Assembly: GCF_008831285.2 (NCBI RefSeq)
Contig: NC_045138.2
Location: forward strand, 22,816,001-22,880,000
Length of the DNA: 64,000 bases
Source of the DNA: Nymphaea colorata
Lineage: Eukaryota
Direction: 5' to 3'
Shown here: positions 13,284 through 24,600 of the stretch, in pieces
How the letters are laid out: the number at the start of each line of letters is the position of its first letter
How positions within the stretch are numbered: position 1 is the first letter of the stretch
Program-made: the position numbers and the translations under genes
Notes under the pieces: generated by a model
Database searches by the model: none
Told to the model about the DNA's origin: nothing
Seen by the model: the letters and a program-made list of their open reading frames with translations, nothing else

Positions 13284-15402
13284 CTACGGGCAATTTGGAT
13301 TCTTACCAGGTCCCCCATAGTAAAAGTAATTACCCCATTCCCCATTATTACCATTCTGAACATCATAGCAACTGGACTGCTCAGTAAAGGTCCCAATATC
13401 CTTAGGGGCTCTGAGATTGTTCGAGGAGTCCACGATCTGAATGTTTCTGAAGTAGCTAGCCTTCCCAAAGCCTTCATCAGGGAAATGGCCACTGCCCATT
13501 TGAGTTGAAGTGTGCTCACCATCGGGCTCTGAGTTCACCACTTCTCCACCCCATTCAATCATGGTAGCACTATCAGCCAAATATGAAAACAAGAAGGAAG
13601 GCCAGTATCCCAGCACGTAGTCGTTCCCAAATTGCATCCACCAATTTCCTTGTTTTGGGTCCTTGCATAGTAAACACAAAACCCAATGAAGAAATGGGAA
13701 ATCACTAATCAAATGCAATAGAAATATATGTCAGATGAATCTCAGATTCTGTGTTTTATTTTTGGACTTTCCTAGTGAATTTGCTTACCTTCCATACGAG
13801 GATACTGATATCATATTGGGAACCACCAAAACCAGAAATCGGCGAAATGCTAGCCCCCATCGCAATTTGGCTATTGATTTGGATAAAGCCAGAGCATAGA
13901 AGATTGTAACATCCTGTTGCTTGATACGCATCACTCTGCTCAAATCACATGACGAAAACACAGGACATCGACATATAAGAAAGTGATACAAACTCGAATG
14001 GAGTTCAAAGAGAAGTAAGGACTCAAAGAACTTACAGTCCAGTAAGTAAACAGTCTAGTGTTGTTGTCACCATAAAGGTCTGGGCTGACCTGCACATTTG
14101 TCAAACTCGGAATTAAAGTGCAGAAAATTACTCCTTGCAACAGAAACAGAAAATATGAGCTCCCTTTATGTAAAGAAAAGGGGAAAAAAGAAGGATGAAA
14201 AGGAAAATAATTGAGCAGAGAAACTTGCTAAAATTATTGCTCTCGGTTCCCTTCTTTTCCTTTTTCTTCATTTTAAGATCTAGCTTACCTGCCAGCCAGC
14301 CTCAATGCTGTTAAGATCTTGACCAAAGGAACCACCTAATATCCAAAGCTGTGAAAGGCTGAACTCATTGGACTGCTGAATTTTTGGCTGCCACACGTTT
14401 ATTGTAGCTTTAGCTCCATAAAATTTATCACCTTCAACGTAAGCAATTGCATGCTATTATGCCAACAAAAGAAATAACATTAGCAAATGGTTACTCAGAA
14501 AAAGAAAGAAAATGAAATGCCTTAAAAGGTTTACGGAAAGGAAAGAGAAACTTTGATACCTGATGACCATTTTCATTAACCAAGTCAGGATTAATGGAGA
14601 TAGGCCGAGGGATTGACCTATGAGACTTTTTCCCAAACCTCTTAACAGAGCTAGCTCTCAGAACATCTTCCTTTGTTGTCCTTCTGATGGGTATGGTTCC
14701 GTCTGGGCACCTTCCATTCGTGTGCCAAAGCTGAGTAATATCGGATTTCTCTGTGCTAGACTCGACCATGCTTGTTCCAAACATACGATCTGGGTGGAAG
14801 CTCGGTTGCATCTATAAAACACCATAAAAGACCCCTAAGAAAAAGATGAAAAACGGCTCTTCTAGAGGTATGGCCTATCAACGACTAGTACATGGAACAA
14901 CAGGTACCAAAAGCAGACCTGAATGGTATGATTCTTGAGGAAAGGATGATCAAAAGCAGGTTGATGGTATGGATGAACGCAATCGATGAGATCCCCATCT
15001 GGGCTCTGGAAGAAAATTCAAAAAAAAAAAAAATTACTAAAAGCAACTGCAATGCCTAAAACCTCGGCTAATTAGCCAACCCAAGTTACAGATATTGTCT
15101 AAAAGAAGTAAATAAAAACAACTTAGTCAAAATGTGCCACCAAAAAGTACATGCAAAACGAGCAAATACGGAACCCCAAATGCTGTAAACACCTTAAACC
15201 TAAAGAGAGAAAGAGAGAGACAGAAGAGAGAAGAGAGACAAACCTCAATGGTTTTGATGGGAGTCTTGTTCAAGCGCTTGAGGTGCTTCCGGACTTCAAA
15301 ATGCTGCCTGGCAGTGAGTCTCCTCGCCTGGGAAGAAGAGACTAGGAGAAGGAGCAAGAGGAAGCAGAGAACTAACAGGCCCTTCCCAGACCTGGTAGCC
15401 AT
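13284..15402 (-). CDS. Neprosin-family secreted glutamic peptidase (signal peptide + Neprosin_AP/DUF4409 + Neprosin/DUF239), 413 aa
   Basis: Seven exons: 15402-15244, 15005-14919, 14811-14560, 14453-14289, 14089-14036, 13935-13789, 13661-13284. All introns are GT-AG and phase 0, and the frame is open. Signal peptide [26 protein letters not shown]. Motifs [35 protein letters not shown] and EWGGEV (catalytic Glu pair), ending [11 protein letters not shown]. Confidence 0.97.
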
Positions 15403-15470
15403 CCGTAAACGGAACAAGGAAGATCTGGGTATCCCCCGAAATGGTTCGAAAAGAAGGAGAGTGGGAGTGA

Positions 15471-15751
15471 GAACCCAAGGAATACCCTCAAACCTTCAAT
15501 AACTTGAGGGTACCGTGAATCTTATGCTCTGCAACTCCAAACCGCTAAGCCCGTGCCGAAAACCGCTTTTCACACGACATAGCAGAGAGAGAGAGAGACA
15601 GAGAGAGAGAGAGACAGAGATAGAGACAGAAATAGGAAGGAGAAGGGGGAAAGAACCCAAAGAATACCCTCAAACTCCTTCAATGGCTGGAGGGTACCAT
15701 GAATCTTATGCCCTGCAACTCCAATCCGCCTAACCAGTGTGTGAAACCGCT
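15471..15751. repeat. Two ~98-bp diverged direct repeats separated by a GA microsatellite in the neprosin 5' region
   Basis: 15471-15567 and 15653-15751 share GAACCCAA.GAATACCCTCAAAC..GAGGGTACC.TGAATCTTATGC.CTGCAACTCCAA..AAACCGCT. Confidence 0.9.
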
Positions 15752-15950
15752 GCTCAGACGCCAAAGCGGTTTGAGAGAGAGAGAAAGACAGAGAAAGCAA
15801 GAGAGAGAGCCGGCTTGCAGGAAAACTTGACAGCATATAAAAAAGGATTAATGAGAAAATTGGGGAAATTCGTGGATAAATCTGGACAGCATTATTAGAA
15901 TGCTTCAGTTTGGCTTAACCCTTGTCGTTTTAATACTGACTCTCCCTCTT

Positions 15951-15985
<35 letters not shown>

Positions 15986-17298
15986 AAATCCCCCTTATGA
16001 ACGCCGGGCCCCCTTCAGCAAAGCAACAAATTAGAGTCACAAGTGAAACAGGAGAAGTTTCTTCCCCATCTTGCCCCTCCTTGATTTTTAGAATTCACCC
16101 ACTGACTTGTAAAGATAAACAAGAAATTTTTATTTTCAAACCTGCTTTTTGCCCACGACTTTTAAAAAGAAATTAACTTTTGTCACGCTCTTAACAAAAC
16201 CATGCTTTTCAGAAAAACTGTTAAATAATAATATAAACTTCCGATAAATTTGAAAGGACAACGACTAAATTATATTCATTTTTGGCTTTTCAGGTGAATG
16301 AAATTTCGACCCATTTAGCAGTTTTATGAACAGTATTATCTTTATCAAAAACTTACCAAAAACTCCTTTAGAATTATTAAAAAAGGATGCCGAAAAAGGA
16401 TTTTGGCACTTGATCGACTGACCTGGCAACCGGAATTAGATATAATTGGAAGTTTTTCAACCAATTACAAGGAATTTCAAGATTTCTGGAATGTCAGTAG
16501 TGACTTTGTGTTAATTTTTGTATAAGAGATAAAAAAAAAGATAAAATTTTTTGACATCATCCATTCATATATCTTCCAATATGGGTTCCATCTCAGGGGA
16601 CATCTAAAAAGGACCTTTTGAGTCCCTCATCATTTTCTCTTTTTTTTTTTTTCTTTTGAAATGAAATGATGTGTATCGGATCATATTAACAACATTATCA
16701 AATAGTTCTCGCTGGTGAATATGGTTTAGACCAACAGCTTAAAAAAAATGTAAAGAAGGAAAAGGGGAAGGAAGAAAGGAGGAGAAAAAGAGAAAACTAG
16801 TTACTTTTTTTGTAGATGTATTGTTGCTAAGTAAGGGATTCCTAGTAAAGTTGCAAATGGGTCCATGGAATAGGAGGATTTGTCCGAAGGGTGGAGCTAG
16901 AAATTTATAGTGTGGACAATTGCCGGCACTTACCTCGGCCCCCGGTTTTGTCACATACTGCAAGACTTCATCCAATCTGGATCTAACTCCCAGTATGTTT
17001 ACAGATGTGTAAAATACCCAACTGGAATCTTACTTCATACATAACCAGATTTGGATAACTTTCAGGATCAGATTAGCTAATGCCATTAGTGCTAACCATA
17101 TCAAGAAGATGCCATCTTATATCAAATCTGAATTCAACTAACAGACTCAGATTTGAAATTTTCTTGTTCATCGGTCCTCTCTGATGAAGCTAATGGTTTG
17201 TTACCAACGGATCAAATAATGGTTGGAAGAGTTGAGTCCTAGTCCAGCTAAGGGATGGACCTAACCATGGCCAAGCCTTGGTCCATACCATTCCTAGC

Positions 17299-17672
17299 CA
17301 GTGGCGGAACCACATGGTGGCTGGTGTGGGCAGTTGCTCACACCAGCCTCACAAAATTAGTTTAATATATATGTTAATGTTTTGATATATTTCACTGTCA
17401 TATGTATAAGTGCCTCAAAGAAATTAAAGATATTGAATGAGTTCTCCTACTAAAAAAAATTTAATGGCTCAATATTGTAAAAGAGCACATATTCTTATAG
17501 GATACTCTGAGGCACTGGCAGAGTCATAAATTTCTAGCTAAGGGACAGTATTTCAAAACGTGTTAAGCACTTCATGGGCACTAATATAATCATAAGCAAA
17601 TGACTTAGAGATAAATTTGCAGGACTGTGTAGGCAGTTGCCCACACAAACACCACATGTGGCTCAGCAGCTA
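17299..17672. mobile_element. Harbinger/Tourist-like MITE, CAGTGGCGG family
   Basis: CAGTGGCGGAACCACATG start. GTGTGGGCAGTTGC(T/C)CACAC-type motif near both ends. CACATGTGGCTCAGCAGCT end. Confidence 0.6.
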
Positions 17673-17931
17673 TGGACATGTCATCCTTTGTTTTACGTCC
17701 CTATATCCCCAGCAAGGGTTGGGGCCAGTATGTAGGGCAGATATTGGGGCTCTTATCTTCATAATTTAGCCTCCTTGTAGCACTATTATTGGACTCATGT
17801 GATGCACTCAACTTGGTTCACACAAACTCCTTAAGTAGCCCCACTAGCTTGCAAAATAAAGGACCACAATGCCTCCTCTCTCTTCTACTAGGGGCAATAG
17901 ACTGGAATATTCGACACATTTGATTTCAAGC

Positions 17932-18022
17932 TAGATGCTGCAAATGGGTCGGATTCAGAATGGATTCAGTACAATGCAATATGACAAAACTCTTAAATTA
18001 GATCCGATCCATTTGCAACCCC
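17932..18022. mobile_element. Small hAT-type MITE
   Basis: TAGATGCTGCAAATGGGTCGGAT ... ATCCGATCCATTTGCAACCCC inverted ends. Confidence 0.55.
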
Positions 18023-18127
18023 GTTTGAAACTCAGAATTAATGCTGCTGCCCACAAGGACGAAGATCTGCCCTGTTTTCCCTGACAGCAAATCTTCCAAG
18101 GCCTGTTGAGTTCTACCCTATTTACAA

Positions 18128-18163
<36 letters not shown>

Positions 18164-18949
18164 GGGACTTTTATCAAGATAGATAAAAAAGCCTAATTAG
18201 AGCTCATTTTTTGTCTGGAAACTTCCAACTAGAAAAAAAATCTCCAATATGCCAAAAATTATACGAGATATGTATATTTTTATAGCAAGAGAGGGAGACC
18301 ATTGATCTTTTTTCCCCATATATAGGTTGAATTTCTCAATCAATGAAGTGCATGTTAATCATATTCTGTTCTACTGCTTGTCTCTTTGTACCAGCAGTGA
18401 CCCTCCTTCCTGCAGTGACCCTTCTTTGCCCACAAACATTTTCCCCCAGAGGCGTTGTCCTCGACGTAACAGACATAGACTGAGTATTCAGCTGTAGACC
18501 TTTAATTTATAGGTAGGTGCCTGAAGCCTATGGCCTAAAGCTTATGATTTTTTTACAAGAACTTTTATAACACATAAAAACACACAGCTTGATGCTAATG
18601 AATCTTGTGCTTTTGGTAGAGTAAAACCCCATGGGTAGTGTAGTTCTCTTGGAGATTTGAACTTTGTTTCCAACAGTCACAGACCGACGAGGCCACAATA
18701 TTTGATTCAAGTTCACGATTATGATTTTTTATTGCGGTTGCAAGGTTGTGAGAAGCGTTTGGCTCATTAAACGACGGAAATCAAACTTAGATTGAATCCA
18801 TAATTCTCATTTAACTCAACAATTAAGGGTCATTTAGGGAAGTAACATAGCTGATATATGTGTGTGTGTGTGTGTGTAGAAAGAGAGAGAGAGAGAGAAA
18901 GCAGGGGTGGACAACTACATCCCCTGTCACTTGAGCTACTTAACACAAC

Positions 18950-20860
18950 CTTTATCAATCCATCTGCATGCAGATTTATGCCTTTGGATGGATCCTTCAC
19001 ATTCTAAGATTGACTAGAATTCATCTTGCAGGAGACCTTCATGATTTTACACTTCTGTCCCACCCTCATTTAATTTTGAATGTTGAGAGATTCACCCTCT
19101 ACTTTCTTATTTCCTCTTTGCTAGGAGACCTATATCATTGATCTTCCTGCCTTATGAAACTTTCTCAACACACTAGTTTTTTTACTGCTTTAAACATGGA
19201 AATGTCAATGATTTCGTTGGTTCCAAGTTGTTCAGATTATTTCGTTACAATTAGGAGGTGCATCCAAAAACTTGCAGAATTTGAATGAAAATTTGACCTA
19301 GGCTTTGCTTTTGGGCTTCTAACCCTAAAGCATTGTGGTTAGAGATGGTTTTAGGAAGAAGCTTAAACAAGGACATAGAAAAACGTGTCAGTGGACTTTT
19401 GTTTATGAAGACTTCAGCAATTATACATGCTCTAAAATTGCAACCACTTTATTTATTGCTCCAAGTGTATATTAAATTGGTAGGGAATTTCCATGAGACC
19501 CGCCTCTACAATGGTACTGTTAATGAAATCATCCATGCCAATGACTCTACAATGACTGCTTCTACTTCAACTTTTCTTGTTAGTTGGGATTCCAATCCCC
19601 AACTAAAATCCAAGGTTCTCTCTTCATGTGCTTGCTTCTTCGTAGGGCTGCACACGAGCCGAGTTGAGCTCGAGTTGGGCCAGTTCAAGCTTCGCTTGAA
19701 CTCAAGTCGTGTTACATAGAACAGGCTCGAGCTCGAGTCGACCCATGCAACTCGTTTCTGTTAAGCCTATCTGGTTTATTTTAACTTGTCTAAATATTCC
19801 CTTATTATGTTTCAGCATTCATTATGTAGTTGGGCTGAGTCGAGTTCTTACAACTTGAACTTGATTCTTTTAACATTTTAAGCATACATTTAAACTCGAG
19901 CCGGACTTCTTTATAAAAAAAATCGAGTTTGAGTCAAATTCGAATGAGCGAGCTCGAGTCGATTTCAATCTGGCTTGACTCACTGTTCATCCCTACTTAA
20001 TAGACTCCATAGGTCCATGAATACCTAACATGACAACTGATTCCATAATTTGCTAGAATAATAATCGTTTAAGTGTTGCTCAAGCAACTTTTACCTTTAC
20101 TAGTGGGTTTTTTTTTTCTAACCATGATATGATAATCTTGCTATGAGTTGAATCATAAGAACATTCATAAACAAGGAATTCCCTAATGAATGAACATTGT
20201 ATCTACCTGAAATTGTCTGAATAGTTGCAGTATCAAGCCTCTAGAACTTCTTATTCTATTCAACACCTAACCCAACTCTTCCTAAGTCAAGCACGTTTTA
20301 AGAAAGAATCTTCATGGAGGGTAGCTGTGGATAAAAGGTCCTTTCCCATGATGTCCCATTTTAGGTTAACTTTTCAATACCTTCATCCATTTGAATAGGA
20401 GCAGGGTTGTCCAAATTTGAAGGAAGGATGTGTGGAAGTTTCCTCATTCTAGTGGTCCTTCGCTCTGGCTGTAAAATTTTACTAAGTAAAATTTTACTAA
20501 AATTGTACACTAATTAAAGGCTTTTGGTTCCTGGTGATTAATTTTACTCTTTTCAAATATTTCTTTTGCTATAATGCTTTCCATTCTTTATATTGGATTT
20601 TAGCGTTGCCTCAATTCCTGCATGTATCCTTGCTAGGCAGAAAGATCCAATGGATAACTGCAAAAAATTAAAGCTTTGCTTAGATTGAACAGATTCACTC
20701 ATTTCTCTTTGCCACCCATTTTGTTCTTTTGCATTTGATTTCTATCTCGAGTCCCTTTCTTATTCCTCCCTTCTTCAAACTTGGGTTTGTAAAACTACAT
20801 GCCCTCCCTTGATGGCTTCCCTTTTGTTGTTGCCTTCTTTATTTTTGCATGAGATGGCAA
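18950..20860 (-). mobile_element. Possible highly decayed L1-type LINE 3' region
   Basis: Only short, weak motifs in L1 order on the - strand (WDIMGK, LGIHG, SKLW, VKF.FKF..LDA.P, PSKGINLHADG). No ORF. Confidence 0.3.
19643..19995. mobile_element. hAT-type MITE
   Basis: TIRs TAGGGCTGCACA / TGTTCATCCCTA. Dense CGAGC/GAGCTCGAG subterminal repeats at both ends. The 8-bp flanks match only partly (CTTCTTCG vs CTTAATAG). Confidence 0.75.
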
Positions 20861-20879
20861 TTGAAATCTATTAGCCTTA

Positions 20880-21298
20880 GGGGGATGTTTGATGGCCTTG
20901 AATTTTTATTCAGAATTAAAATTTTGTTTAGAAACAAAATCCACCTCAAATTGAAATTGGAATAAGAATTCTAATTCTAGTTTTCATTTATGTTTGATAG
21001 TCTAGAATTTTGATTACAGAATAAAAAAAGATGTGTTTCATAAAACATGAATTAAAGTCATAGAAATGATTAATTAAACCATCATGACATATATCCTATA
21101 GAGAGTTGAAAAAATTCTAAAATTGTCGAATCGTAATTCCATCCCCTAAAGTAGAATCACAATTCCAAAATTTTGATTCAAGAATGAGCCGATAATTTTG
21201 GAACAAAAAATATTTATTTGATAACGCAAATTCTCATTTCACCAAAAATGAGAATTTTAATTTTAGCATTTCACAATTCCGGCCTCATCAAACACCCC
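20880..21298. mobile_element. Tourist (PIF/Harbinger) MITE
   Basis: TIRs GGGGATGTTTGATGGCC / GGCCTCATCAAACACCCC, flanked by TTA and TAA. Confidence 0.8.
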
Positions 21299-21396
21299 TA
21301 AGAGTTTCCATTTGATTGAAAATTTTCCTATACCTCTTAGGGTAGAAACACAATTCTAGAATTTTGATTCAAGAATGTGCCTATAAATTCTAGCCA

Positions 21397-21672
21397 AGGA
21401 GCACTAGGTATAAATTTTTAAATTTTTTAAGGGACACTGGTATGTAAATGACTTCGAAACATCAATATGAAAATAAGAACTAAAACTGAAAGGGGAAATG
21501 GCAGAGCTAAAAGTTCAGGATAAGGGACACTAGGTATAAAAATTTTAAATGTTTAAGGGGAACCAGTATGTAAATGAAAAAAATTGTCCTAAAACATCAA
21601 TATAAAAAATAAGAACTTTTCTTTTGTCTATGTGGGCAATTGCCCACACTTGGCCCATGCTCGCCTTCACCT
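21397..21672. mobile_element. CAGTGGCGG-family MITE pieces with ~125-bp internal duplication
   Basis: AAGG..CACTAGGTATAAA..TAAGGG..GTATGTAAATGA..AAACATCAATAT..AATAAGAACT twice, then the perfect palindrome TGTGGGCAATTGCCCACA (21631-21648). Confidence 0.6.
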
Positions 21673-24600
21673 CTATTAAGGGTGAAACATTTTTAATACT
21701 TTTTGGAGAAATGCAGATGTGTGAAGTCTCTCTTGATTAATTTGTTAATGTAAATTATCGCATTTGGATGAATCACCATTTACATTAACCCTTCATTTAT
21801 CACTTTTGCTCTCAATTTGTGGAACTTCTTCTTCATTGGCATCAAAATAGTGGTTGGGCCATTTTTCCAACCCCTTTCATGATTTCTACCATCTTTAGCC
21901 ACTTTGTTTGCACTGACAAAAAATCAAGGGCTCACTAGATATTAAAAAAAATTGCTACTAAATGGGTGGTCTTATGTGAAGAAAAGTATGGGTGATTTTC
22001 AGTGTATGTCTTCTCATGATTCCTGATGCCTTTCATGCCAGGAAAGCTCCTTCACTAACGTGTGCACTTTTTACCATTAACTTATCAACAATCCATCTAC
22101 CAGTAAAATTTTTATGCCACAAGTTGTATCAGTCATACTTTTTTTTTTTCCATGCCAATGAATACTTCATTTCATGTTATTAACTAAAATTTGTGTTCTC
22201 TAGACAAGGTTTGGACATGCATTGACAAGGGTTTTCTATAAAGGAAATAGGGCATTTTGTAAATCTATATTATTTTTAGTGGAGCCTCTTAAGGGATGTT
22301 TGTTAAATGTGGATCTCCAAAAAAAAAAAAAAAAAATTGGTCCTAAAATCCTCATTAATCATGAAGCAATGTTGGATCAACTGAAATCCACTGTTTGCTT
22401 CAACAGTAGGCTTCATGCAACATGTGTTTGTGGGATACCATCATCCTCAATAATCATCAAGCAATGGTCTTCTTGAATGCCATTGCCCACTTCCTCATAC
22501 TTGCAAGACAAGCAATGTAATCATCTTCCACAAAGTAGTTAACTTGTACTTTAGATATGTCAAGGCTACAAACACTGTTAGAAAAGCTCTAGATAACTAA
22601 GATCCTTTTGGTTGTCTCACACTTTCACTCTTGGGATGTTGAAAGGATGGATGACGGAGCGAAAGAGTGGCAACTGAATGTTTGTTTAGGTATTGATACA
22701 CCTCATAGTTAATTTCTCATTTAAATATTGATGCTCATTAAAGGGATTGTTTGGCGGCAGATACATCCTTGAGCATCTTATGAATTTACTTTAAAGATTG
22801 GGCAGATTCACGACACATTAAAACTATTATTCTACAAACCTGTCCTAATTCTTTGGCTCACAAATTGTCCATTCTCTAAACAACTCCTAAAGAACTGTAT
22901 GGAAACATTTTGTTACTGTCTCATAAATCTACCAAAAAAATGAAGAAGATTTGTAAAGCACCATTATAAGTATTTCATAAATGTAATCATACTTCATCTA
23001 ATCAGATTCAGAGGATAGTAACTGTTATAAAACAACTCCTAATAAATTTGAATTCCCTCACCTAAAAATTTGATGGCATCCCAAATGCTGTACCATTAAC
23101 ACAGCCTTGTCATTCCAACGTACGTTTATGAATGTGATTTTATGATCTCTTCTTTTCGGGGAAGGTGAAAAGTTTGCTTGAATTAAATTTTCGAGCATAT
23201 AGTTTTCGACAATTGTATATCCATGGGGCCTCGTCATTCCAACGCGTGTGAATGTGATTTGACGATGGATTCTGTACGTTGCGGATCTGCCCTTACAGTA
23301 ATTTGGACTTCGAAAAACTGACGAGAAGTGGCTCAACTGCCGGATAGCGATTTGAATCTTTTTTTTTTTTTTTTCCCCTAACTGACACGACGTATCGACT
23401 GATATGATCCGATGCTTTCAAATTATAACAAAAACGACTTTATAACCATTTAAAAAGTTGAAATGATAAACATTTTTCTGTTCACATGTCTGCCAATATT
23501 TGATAATGGCCATTCAAGCCCTCGGTTTATTCCATTTATACAATGAAGCAACGAGCAACTCGTCTGATATAATGCAGATAGGCCAGCTGGATTATGGAGT
23601 TTTATGTTTCACCACATTATAACCACGCACTCTAACTTTGGCACTTCTTGACAGATTGATGAGCTTTACATAAGTAGGGAGGCCACAAATTTTGGACTAA
23701 TGTGTAATGTTTCACCAAAAAAAAAAGTTAGGGCTCATTTGGCTAATAGAATGGTAAAATATGGTCTGCTGAGTTGATGCAATGGATTACTCTGACGATT
23801 GGTAAAATGTTAGTCTTCATTTCTAATGTCAATAATGTCAATTTTTTATGTTATGAAAAAAGTAACTATGTGCAAGTTAAAGCTAAAATGCAGTGAGGAC
23901 GATACCCCAAAGTACGGGAAGCTGCTTTTCTACCACATGGAGACAAAGGGATGGATGAAAGTTTCGGCTCTCTACTGATCTATGGGTTTCCCCTGTGAAC
24001 CTGCCCAATAATTGAGGTGGGTTCATGCAACACTATAATTTTTTTGTGCCAAACAACCCCTTTAAAAACTTCCACGATACAAATGAACACATGCACCAAT
24101 ATGAAAATAAACGATCACTTGTCTCTAATAAATGTTCTACTAACATTAAACTGGTTAATCTACTAAGAGATCAATACCAATGGTTCATGTTTTTTGGGTT
24201 GGACACCATGTTTCCCCTGATTTGACCTAATTGGATCCAAAGTAGTCGGCTTCACAAGCCATACGAAGTCTTTCAACATGTGAATGGGTCGGGTTTTAGT
24301 ATCGTTTTCTTTTTTGAAATTCGGGTCATGAATCGGAAAGACATCAGTGATACGAAGTCCGGATCCGATTGCCATTTGGATCTTATTTTCTTTACCAGGT
24401 GATAACGGGTGTAAACCCTACTCGGTCAAGATTCGCATCGCGTGGTAAACGAACTCAGCGCGAGCCGGGATCGCCCGATTCGACACTAAAGTCCATCTCA
24501 GCCGAGTCGTTTCCCACTGTTTTTTTCTTTTTTTTCGTAACATTTATGCGTCTCGGGAGTGAAGCAGGTCAGGATGTATAGCCGTATCGATCCGTACACA

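Noticed and set aside
14620..15733. Several + strand ORFs over the neprosin gene
   Set aside because: Antisense shadows of real exons and GA repeats.
15570..15836. 88-aa - strand ORF with signal-peptide-like start upstream of neprosin
   Set aside because: Hydrophobic parts derive from CT microsatellites, and the equivalent frame in the duplicate copy has stops.
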